A DNA stretch of 64,000 nucleotides from Anthoceros angustus (taxonomy: Eukaryota > Plantae > Anthocerotophyta). Made by a program: the position numbers and the translations under genes. How positions within the stretch are numbered: position 1 is the stretch's first letter; every line of letters starts with the position of its first letter. Shown here piece after piece: positions 25,026 to 35,506 of this stretch. The DNA is taken from positions 62,001-126,000 of the forward strand of contig VJWM01000282.1 of assembly GCA_010909165.1 (NCBI GenBank), read 5' to 3'. The notes beneath the pieces were generated by a model that was given only the letters and a program-made list of their open reading frames with translations, made no database searches and was not told where the DNA came from.

Positions 25026-27047
25026 CCCACAGTTCCCAAGTATCGTTCTTTATCGAGGAATCGTACTAAATCATGATGGAAGGGATCAGCTCAATGCTCC
25101 TTGTCAGCTCTGATAACCTCTGTGTATGTCTGTGGGTTACGGTTTTAATGTAAGGAGGGCTATCGGCCAGAAAGGCTTAGGTTGTGGAAGGGTAACCCAG
25201 CTACGGGACGTCTGAAATCAATGGAAGAATAAGGGGGTTCTACCCTTCTTGCTTTGAGGTTCCTAATCTGGCCGAGGATATGACGCTCTACATGTGGCTT
25301 TCGGCCAACAAGTTTGTCGACAACTTTGTGGAAGTGACCGGGGCGAGGCCAGACGTAGTTTTTCATGTAAAGTGCGAATCGGTAGGAATGAAGCAGGAAA
25401 GATTATCTTCGACTAAATCATGATCTACCTCATCCTCTGCACAGGAAGATCCCGAACTTCGACTGTAACATCATCAATGTCGGAAGGAGGTAGATAAGCA
25501 TCCATCGTGGCGGTGGGGTACATGAGGCATTTGGGCGAGATCTTGCAGGGGTTACTGTGCGAGTTACCGCACGCGGCTCGCGGATCTTACGATAGGACCA
25601 TAATCCTAGAATGTCATCTTGGAAACTCTGTAGAATCGTCCAGATCTGTGAGGTCCACATGGGTGACAGTCTCTTGATTGTGTGACAGATGATCAAAATA
25701 TGGCAAACCCATGGGACACACAAGCTCCTTGAAGGTCACACTCGGCAAACAATCTTGTGTCAGATGAATGTGGATCCAAGTGGATCCAGCAACATGGGCT
25801 TTGGCCTCTTCACCCATATCCACAAAGATAAGTGGGCGAGCTCTGTCTTCTAATTTCCTTCTCTCTCTCATGAGGATGTGTCGTCTGTTGGAGAATCGAA
25901 GACAGTAAATTAAGCAATTTGGGCTTCTGCCAAATAACTTCAAGCGGGGTCTTCCATCCTTTGCGCTCGTGAGGAAATGTTAAGAATGTAATTCTTTGTA
26001 ACTCTGTTTGCCGATATACTTTGCTCGCCACGACCATTCTAGCATGCTCCTTGTCATGCCCAGCAGCGTCTGATTATAGCATTCGGCAACACCGTTCTGC
26101 TGCTGGGTATAAGGCACAATAAGCTGGCGTACAACACCATTGTCCAGCAAGAACTGGTTGAAGTAAGCATGTGTAAATTCTGTGCCATTGTCAGTTCGCA
26201 ACTGTTGGAGCAAGCATCCTGTTTGCCTCTGTGCCATGACTAGCCATTCCTGGAAGACCTCAAAGGTATCGGACTTTAAACGGATGGGGTAGGTCCAGGA
26301 GTATCTGCTAAAGTCATCAGTGATGGTAAGATAGTACAACGCACCACCAAGGGAAGGAACATGGATCTTGCCTGAAATATCTGCATGTACTAGTTCTAGT
26401 ATACTGCGATGCGATGGAGCAAGCTGACATGAAATGGAACCTCTTTACTGTTTGGCTATAACACATGCATCGCAAAGTGGCAGGTCTTTGAAACATTTAC
26501 GTAGGGGCTCTCTATAGCAACTTAGGTTCGACATTTTTATCAACTTATCACGATTAGCATGACCTAATCTAGCATGCCATAGACTAGCCTGGGCAGATTG
26601 TGACGACTGGACAGCATGCACGGACTCAGGAGGTATGCAGGTAAGATCAAGCTGGTACAAATCATGAACAAGATGTCCTTCGCGTGACTAGACTATCCCT
26701 CCTCTCTTCTTAAGCTCATGACTAGTAGAAGTGAAGATAAGGTCGTATTAGCGCAAGGACATCGGTGGCTAGCAGAAAGTAGGTGTTTGGCCATGAGTGG
26801 AGCGTGCGAGGACATTATCAAGGTGGAGAGACGATTGCCATTATGCAATCTAAAACGGCATGTGCCTGAGCCTGCAATCTAAAGACACATGCGTGTAAGT
26901 TCGTCCCCAACAACACCTTTGTCGGATGTGGTGAAGGCTGGTGACTAAGCAAATTCTTTGTGCGCCGTTAGATGTGGGAGGTGTGCCGGAATCTAAAAGT
27001 ACCATCACAGTGGGAAGGCAGAAGGCGAAGAAGATGCAAAACAAAGC
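25026..27047 (-). pseudogene. Copia B protease-integrase-linker, copy 1
   Basis: LWHARLGHANRDKL..CDACVIAKQ, YYLTITDDFSRYSW, LRTDNGTEF, YTQQQNGVAE, GYGEEAKA, SLIKNDTWE. Confidence 0.93.
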
Positions 27048-27557
27048 TAATCAGGACTCCGGGGCAGGTATGATTGGTTGAAGATGAGTTCCTCGTCGTC
27101 GTCGTCAGTTTGGTACACTCTGCAATTCTTGGTAGGGCGGCGATGCGTGGCGTGAGCAGAGACAGCGTCGAGCTCTGGGTGGGCGTTGGGGCCACGTGAT
27201 TCAAGCTCTTCACCACGGCCTTGTGGAGCCGTGCGTGGGCCAGATCTAGATGAGGTAGTATGTGGGCGCCCAGAAGCACGAGCCTCGGCTTCTCCTACGG
27301 TTGGCGATCTGCGTTCCTTGACTGCGGCATGTCGATGCTCTCTGGACCGACATAGACTTTCTAGTACAGCCCAATTTCTCTTATGCTAACCATCCTGTGC
27401 AGGTGATGGAGTAGGAGATTCAACATAGCTCGGAGTGCAATCTGGATGCACTCTAAATTGCGTTGAGAACCCTATTTCATCAGATGTACAGTATGCAACA
27501 TAGAGATTAGATTAGAATGAATCTAAATAGAGAGCAGCATGGATCATAGAGCCTAGT

Positions 27558-27569
27558 GCTCTGATACCA
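27558..27569 (-). promoter_or_regulatory. PBS (tRNA-iMet), duplicate copy
   Basis: GCTCTGATACCA. Confidence 0.93.
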
Positions 27570-27742
27570 TGTGAATAAAGCGGAAGCTTGCTTACAAAAC
27601 AAAAAGTTGTAAACAAAATGAATTGATTAAATTACAAAACTTGTATGTGTTTAAATACTTATCCAAAGTGACTATTCGTTTAAACCTAAGACATATCAGG
27701 TATAAACCAGTTAATCTGTGTTAGGGTAAATAACCCTTAACA
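27570..27742 (-). repeat. 5' LTR of element D, duplicate copy (173 bp)
   Basis: TGTGAA...CTTAACA with the same RT junction (CTGGTCAAG) as copy 1. Confidence 0.85.
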
Positions 27743-28484
27743 CTGGTCAAGTGATAGCTTCATGCCTGCAACTCCTGGAGTGGAGACAGGCTTGGCAGTG
27801 TCCAGATGGAATCGATGCAAAACCTCTGCAATATACTTGGCTTGATGAAGCATAAGAAGAGTATCATCAAGATGGCGCACAAGTTGAACTCCGAGAACGA
27901 AGGTGAGTGCCCCAATATCCTTCATATCGAATTTTTGGTGCAACATGTCTTTGACCCATTATAACAAACCCGGATTGTTTGATGCGAGGATGGCATAGTC
28001 AACATATAAAGCGAGAACGACGAATTTACCATCCTGGGAGTAGAAATATACGTTTGCATCACCAGGATTCTGAATGCAGCCAATAGATTTAAGGTACTTA
28101 TCAATGGTCTTATACCATTCCCGAGCTGACTGCTTCAAACCGTATATGGTCTTCTTGAGATGACAGACCCAATCCGGGTGCTCGGGGTCAACAAAACCTT
28201 CGGGCTGTGACATATAGATATCCTCTTCCAGTTCACCATACAGGAAGGCAGTACATACATCCATCTGCTGGAGATCCCAGGCATTGGCAGTAGCAAGAGC
28301 AAGGATCATGCGGATGGACTGAGTTTTTACAACAGGGCTGAAAGTTTCAGTGAAATCTATTCCAGGAACCTGGGTAAAACCCATGGCAACAAGCCGAGAC
28401 TTATATCTGGCAATCGTGCCCTGGGCATTCAACTTATGCTTGAAGACCCATTTACGACACAACCTTCCTATCCTTGGGCAAGGG
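27743..28484 (-). pseudogene. Copia B reverse transcriptase, copy 2
   Basis: QMDVCTAFLYGELEEDIYMSQPEGF, IYGLKQSAREW, LALYVDY, KFDMKDIG. Confidence 0.95.
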
Positions 28485-31400
28485 TGTGGTTTGGGAAAAC
28501 CGGGGCACTCCAGGGTCCTCCCACTATAAGCGCCACACTTATCCAGCCAAATGCGTTGGGTTTCGTCCCATGAGACTTGTGTGAAAGTTCGAGGCCTTGT
28601 GGTCATCGCTACTGAGACACAACTTCTCGACCTTCTCAGCGCAAGGCGCCCTCTACTCTCCCTCTTGGCACCGCTTGCCTTTGCTTGAAAATCGCCAATC
28701 CTCGACCTACAGCGACACAAAACAATTAGGTCACCTTGGCGAGGAGCCTATCAGGCGCCGGGGACCCCCAGTCCACACAGCGATTTCGTCCCTACTTCTA
28801 AGACCACTCTTCTCTCCACTCGGGGCGCTCTTTTACTTGCATTTGGGATTCGTCCCTTAGGCTCTGCACGTGGCCTTCCACTAACACCTACACCTCTAAT
28901 CCTCTACTCATCTTCTCATCTCCTCATCCTCTTCCTCCTATTCTAACCTCGATTCGGGCTTCTTGGTTTCGACTCGCCCTTACGGCTGGCACAGGGTCGC
29001 CTCCACCCGGCAAGTTCTTCCTTGGGCGGTTGCTATGAGTTTGACACAGACGGAGAACCTCCGAGTCTTTCCACAGTCTACCCTCAAGCCGAGTTCTGCA
29101 GGCATTTGCCACACACCCAAAGCAAAGCAATTTCACAACCATTCACAAGGGAGCAACTCGTTTAGGCACTTGCAGGAGCAAGTCCTCCACCAACACTCAC
29201 CACCGACTTCCTCTCTACCCGACTGCGTTGGCTCCACGGCCCGGCACGAAATTCCTCTGTAATGGCAAAGGACTCGATGGCGTGGGCGCAAGACATGATA
29301 CTTTACTTTGTGAAATCCTCCTCCTCTTATAGGAGGCCTTCCACATACAACCTCCCTTGGGTGACCCTCTGCGGTCACCTTTTCCAATATTCTATTATTT
29401 CCTACACTTGACATTTAATGGCACCTAAATCTATTATAATCCTTGGTAAATTCTATTCTAGCAACTTCACCTAAGTCATCCTTAAGGATGTCGGTCTACA
29501 TCACTGTCCTTCCTATTCTTCTACCTAGCATTTATGGTCCCTTGACCATTCTAGTCTTCACCTATTTGGGTGGTGACGTCGTGGTGGATTGGCTCCCTCG
29601 CCCTCCTTTTGCTCTTGCCTTCCCGGCCTTTGTCGCTTCCTAATGTGTGGGGCAAGTACAATCTTCCTTCCTCCATCTCGCAGGCGCAGATTCCTGCCCT
29701 CCGGCAATCGCGCCCCTCCCGCACCTGGCGCCCTTTTCTCCCCTCGTGGCCGCGCCACACCTACGCGGTGTCGGCGGACTACGGGTGACGACTTCTGGTA
29801 GTCGGTCCCTATCTCCTTCTTCTTCCTCCTCCGCGGTGAGGGTTTCTTGGTCAAGATCTTCCATTGCTCTTTGCCTTCTGTTTGATTTGTCCATACCTAT
29901 CATAGAGCACCCTTCATCCCCATTGCCCCACCATCGGATCTTCTAATCTCTCGGGCCCTTTTTGGACTCCTCCTCGGGTCCGGTTCCTCCCCTCGTGGGA
30001 TAGTTCCTCACCCTTCCTTCCTCCGTGGTCGGACCCGTCCTTAGTCTCCTCCGGTGGGGTTGTCTCTCCACCACCCAGTTCCTCTGGGGTATGTTGCGGA
30101 CCCCTTTTCATCTTGAGGCTTCTCGGCGACTCCCAACAGCTCGTGCCCGGGCCCTTGCCCTAGTGGCGGATCTGGGGCGTGTGTGGTCATCCCCCGGTGG
30201 TCAGCGGACTACCGTGGTGGGGTGGTCACCCCGTGGTAGGGTGACCCCTGAGGCGGGTGTCCCTCTCCTTGCTCTCGCGCCGTCTCCACCCACTCGGCTC
30301 CTCTCTCCGACTCCTCAGTTCCTCGGAGTCCATTTCGTGATGGCCTCATCAAAATCGGAGGCCTCTGCACTGTTGCGGCTCCTTGTCATCATCATGAGGA
30401 CCCAATGTCCTCCTCTTGGCCAAGCAAGACCGTTGTTGGCCTTCGATCTGTTGTGGAGGTGAGCCCCAAGTTGTGATGCATTTGGAGATCATCAATCTCA
30501 GTGGGCCACTCTCCATCTTCACACCTACCCTTGTAGGCATCTCTTGAGGTGGTCAATTCTCCCACCTTCACATGGAGGTTACATTCTCCTCCCTCACTTC
30601 CTTTTTGGTTGGCCAATTTTGAAGGGCATAATCAAAATGCTTCCTCACCACCGGCATCCTGCACCACCTTCTTGTGGCGCTCCTCCTCGGACCTCCTTTG
30701 TTCCAGTCCTAATTCTTGGCAAGCCCCTCCTTCTCGCTTGCCAAGCATTCTTCGCTCGGCTCCAATTCTTGGTCTTGTTCTCAGCTCCTCCTCCAAATTA
30801 TGGGTCCTTCTCAACTTCCTCTCCCATGTCCGGATTTGATGGCTTTAGCCATCACACTCATGTCGGCCACTTCTTTGGAGTTGCTTCTCCTTCCTAGTGC
30901 CTCGGCCCTTCCTTTCTTGCTCTAATTGGGCAAAATGCTCTTCGCCTTTTGCCTCCAATCCTTTTGGGTTGTTGCGAATGGCTCTTTCTTGACTGTGACA
31001 ACTTCCCTCAGGACCTTTTTATGTTCTAAGTCGTGTGGAGCTTCTCCTGACCTTTTCAACTTGGCTGCCTTTTCATCGGACTCCATGGCCTCCAATTGCC
31101 ACTTGGTCCTGCCTTTCTCCGGCCATGTCTTGAGGTTTCACTTCCTCTTGGCATGCCCACAAGGAGGCTGCTAGGTCCCTAGCCCCTTCAAATCCGGTGA
31201 GTGCTTCACAAGCACCCAGCAATTCTCCTAGGGTCCTAATTCCACCCCTCTGTCTTCTTCTTGGAAATTTCCAGCTCTCCCGCACTCGGGCCATCCCGGC
31301 CTTGGTCCCCCTCAGCTCCATCCGCTCTCCCAGGAGTGGGAGTGGTGCGGCGCGGCGCCTCATGTTCTCCTTCCTTCCCACCGCGTGGCTGCTGCTCGTG

Positions 31401-33448
31401 GGGTGCCCACCGTGAGGTGCTCCTCTGTGATGGTTGCCTACCTACCATGGTGGTGCCTACCTACCATGGTGGCGCCTGCCACCCTTGGGTGGCGCCTCCC
31501 TCGGTAGGGTGCGGGGTGCCTCTCTAGGCACAAGGAGATGGTGGGGACTCCCCCACTCTCGGGATCACCTCACAGTGGTCCTTCTCTCATAGACCACCAT
31601 TCGGCCTTCCTCGGCGGTTCTTGTTCTTCTCCCTTGCTCTGTGGGGAAAGATTCCCACTCCAACTTGTTGCCTCCACATCTTCTCCTCTTGCTTCTAGCA
31701 TGCTTGTGGAGTCGACCTCCCAGTCTTCCTTAATGCAAAGGCAAGGCCTTTCCAACCTTGGGCTGGAGGTGGATGACCTCAAAGGATGCCATGCATCTTC
31801 AAGCTCCTTGCTTGAGAAGTCCCTCGGTTTCCACAAATGCACCAAATAGGTGCTAAGGTAGAGGCCTTGGCCCTTCCTCATCCAATTTGGCTTGAGGAGC
31901 TTCTCGGTGGTGGATGTAGGCCTCATACATGATAGTCCCCAATCCGGCTTGGCTCCCATGGAAATCTTCCACAAAATTGGAGGAAGTTGGTGAAATAAGA
32001 GTCGTTGGTAATTACCAACCCCAGCACAATCTTTTGCGAAAGCCTCCACTTGACTCCTTGATGCTCTCGGTCTTCCGATTCTTGGCGTGGGCCTTCACTC
32101 CTCCATCCATCATGTCGAGGAACTCTGCGGGATATCGGAGGCATCCTCTTCCCTCCATTTGACCTTTCGAGCAGATTCGAGCTCTCTTCCTCCGGTCTCC
32201 ATACACACAGAATGCTCCTTACGGTCCGGCGGGGATCCGTTCGAGCATTCCTCGTGTAGCGGCAGGCTGCCTCGATTGATGGAGGTTGATGTAACACTCC
32301 TCAATCAATTCCAAATTGGTGTAGGCCCATTGGCGGCCATACACCCATCTAGTTGGATGTTCTCCTCCTCGCCTTGCCGAAAATCAACAAATCCACGGGG
32401 TTGAGCTGCCCGGCAAAGCAAGTGAATTGGGGCATCTCGACCTCACCCCTCACTGGCGCAGCCCCTGCTCTTCTTCCTTTCCTCCTCGCGAGGAAGAGCC
32501 CCTTGGCGGTGGCTCCTTCCCTTGCCTTCCTCCTCGAGGCATGGTGTTTTCCTCTTCAAGGAAGAGATTACTTCCCAATTTCTCAACCTCCTTCTCCCAA
32601 CTTCTCCTTCTGTCAGCTGAAACACCACACACGTTAGTCAGCGCTCCATTGCCAATTCTTCTCGCGCCTCCTTCAGGCGTCTTGATCTCTCTCCTCTCTC
32701 GCCTCAATTGCTCACCTCGGTGCTCCTTCCAACTTGCCTTCCTCGTGTCTCCGCTCTTCCTTCTTCAGCGCTCCGGAGCGCTCTCCTCACCTCTTCCTTC
32801 CTTTTCTTCCACTTCCTGCGTTCTTCCTCCTTCGCTCTCTCCTTCAGCGCGCCTTCCTTCCCTTGCTGGCGGCGGCGATGGCGATGGCGCTTCCTCCTTT
32901 CTTGCGCTTACGCTCCACGGCTCGATCTCTCTTCTCTTTCGAAGAGAAGTTGGCGCTTAAAACCACTTTGCCCTCCTTGGACGCCACGGAGGTTCACAAC
33001 CCTAGATTGGGTTCATCATTCCAAAATCCTAATTCTATCTAATTACCTATTTTCCTATTACTACCTCTAATTAATTCTAATTATCTATTTATATTTTCCC
33101 TATTGGTGAGCATATATAGTGGATATCCTCTATTCTAATTTCCTTTGGCGAGATTCGTCAACCTACGTGATGATCGCGACTTACGCGGTGATGCTTCCTT
33201 TTCTCGACCTACCGGTGGTGGCGACCCTCGGTGATGCGCCGACCCCTTTGCCCTCGCCCTCGTGCGGGGTCGTTTTGACCCGTTCTTCTTCTGGGATATC
33301 CTCTTCTTCCTAACAATATCCTACAACTCCGACTTCAAGATTCTCGAGAAAATTTCTTGGCATGCTCCTCTTCAATCGTTCTAGCCAAAAAAAATCAAAC
33401 TTGTTTGTCCTTTGGCGATTTGAACTGTTGCCCAAACTTCGTTCCACA
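28485..33448 (-). mobile_element. Giant solo-LTR-like element (4964 bp), copy 2
   Basis: TGTGG...CCACA flanked by an exact 5-bp TSD AAGGG (28480-28484 and 33449-33453). Internal ORF about 30200-32990. Confidence 0.9.
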
Positions 33449-33453
33449 AAGGG

Positions 33454-35506
33454 ACCGCTTCCCAAGTATCGTTCTTTATCAAGGAATCTGCACAAGTCCT
33501 TGATGGAAGGATCAATGCTCCTTGTCCAAGTGATAGCCTCTGTGTATGTCTTGGGTTACGGTTTAATGTAAGGAGGGCTATCCATGAAGGCTTAGGTTGT
33601 GGAAGGGTAACCACCGGGGGCGTCTGAAATCAATGGAAGAATAAGGTTCTACCCGCTTGAGGTTCCTAATCTGTTGAGGATAACGGCACTACATGTGGCT
33701 CGACAACAAGTTTGTCGGCCACTTTGTCGTCGGGGGCGAGGCCGGAGTAGTTTTCATGTGAGTTTGAATCGGTGAGAATGAGCAGAAAGATTATCTTCGA
33801 CTAAATCATGATCTACCTCATCCTCTGCGGCGGGAGGATCCCGAACTTGGTAACTCATCAGCGTCGGAAGGAGGTAAATAAGCATCCATCGGCGGGGGCT
33901 GCCAGGCGGTGGGCGGGTATTGTTGCAGTGAGTTGCACTCCTTGGATGCCAAATAGGACCATATCCTAGAATGTCATCTTGGAAACTCGAGAATCGTCCG
34001 GATCACATGAGGTCCACATGGGTGGCGATCTCTTGATTGTGTGACGGATGATCAAAATATGGCCCGGGGACACAAGCTCCTTGAAGGTCCTCACGGCAAA
34101 CAATCTTTGTATGAGTAAGTGGATCCAACAACATAGGCTTTGGCCTCTTCACCATATCCCACAAAGATAAGTGGGCAACTCATCTTCTAATTTCCTTCTC
34201 ACTCTCCGAGGATGTGTCGTCTAGGAATCGAAGACTCGTAAGTGTATGGCTGGGCTTCTGCGCCAAATAACTTCAAGCGGGGTCTTCCCATCACTGCGCT
34301 CGTGAGAAAGCTTTATTAAGAATGTAAGTTCTTTGTAACTCTTGCTGATATACTTGCTCATCGTACGACCATTCTAATGCTCCATGTCCTTGCCGTACGT
34401 TATAGCGATTCGGCAACAGATTACTGCTGCTGGGTATAAGGCACAATATGGCGTACAACACCGTCCGGCAGAGCGGTTGAAGTAAGCATGTGTAATTCAT
34501 GCCATTGTCGTTATAGCGGAGCAAGCATCCTGTTTGCCCTACATGCCATGACTAGCCATTCACGGAAGACCTCAAAGGTATCGGACTTTAAGCGGATGGG
34601 GTAGGTCGGGGAGTATACTGCTAAAGTCATCGATGATGGTAGATAGTACGCACCACCAAGGGAAGGAACATGGATCTTGCAGAAATATACGCATGTACTA
34701 GTTCTAGTATACTGCGATGCACGATGGGCAATGACCTGAGGAAATGGAACCTCTTTACGTTTGGCTATAACACATGCGCATGAGTGGCAGTCTTTGAAAC
34801 ATTTAGGTAGGGGCTCTCTGTAGCAACTTAGGTTCGACATTTTTATCAACTTATCACGATTAGCATGACCTAATCTAGCATGCCATAGACTAGCAGACTA
34901 TCTTGTGGGCATTGTAGGGCGGCATGCGGACTCGGAGGTATGCGAGGTAAGATCAAGGCGGGTACAAATCATGAACAAGATGTCCTTTCCGCGACTAGAC
35001 TATCCCTCCTCTCTTCTTAAGCTCATCGAGCTAGTAGAAGTGAAGATAAGGTCGTGTTAAGGACATCGGTGGCTAACGGTAGGTGTTTGGCCATGAGTGG
35101 AGCGTGCGAGGGACATTATCAAGGTGGAGGGCGATTGCCATTATGCAATCTAAAGCGGCATGCGGGCACACGCAATCTAAAGACACATGTGTATGGATTC
35201 GTCCCCAACAACACCTTATGGGATGTGGTGAAGGCTGTGTTAGTAAGCAGGTTCGCCGTTACAGATGTGGGAGGTGCACGGAATCTAAGTACCATACGTA
35301 TTGGGAAGGCAGAGGCGAAGATGCAAAACAAAGCCGTCATCACAACTGGAGGTTTGATAGCAGATGAAGATGCCTTGGCGACAGAGTGGGCCTCAGCCCG
35401 CTTGGGCTTCTCGACTTTTACGGCCAAGCCTTCTTTTTCGGCCGATCTCTCCCGGTGGCCTGGATGCCACCAATTGCGAGAGCCGATCCGCTTTGTGGAG
35501 GCAGAA
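33454..35506 (-). pseudogene. Copia B gag C-terminus, protease and integrase, copy 2
   Basis: Homologous to 25026-27047. Degenerate zinc-knuckle region at 35440-35500. SLIKNDTWEAVPL at the left end. Confidence 0.9.

Larger units (their letters stand above)
18828..35334. repeat. Tandem duplication, 2 x ~8.2 kb (18828-27047 and 27048-35334)
   Basis: Same ordered modules twice: D-ORF, PBS, LTR, RT, 5-kb TG..CA element, INT, PR. Junction at ACAAAGC|TAATCAGGACTCC near 27047. Confidence 0.92.

Noticed and set aside
19356-27742. The two 170-bp LTRs as the 5' and 3' LTRs of one element
   Set aside because: Both have the PBS on the same side and identical RT flanks, so they come from the 8.2-kb tandem duplication.
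20233-33448. Giant LTR copies 1 and 2 as the paired LTRs of one retrotransposon
   Set aside because: Each copy has its own AAGG(G/A) flanks on both sides and interrupts the same RT codons. No PBS or PPT adjoins them, and the whole block, not just the LTR, is duplicated.
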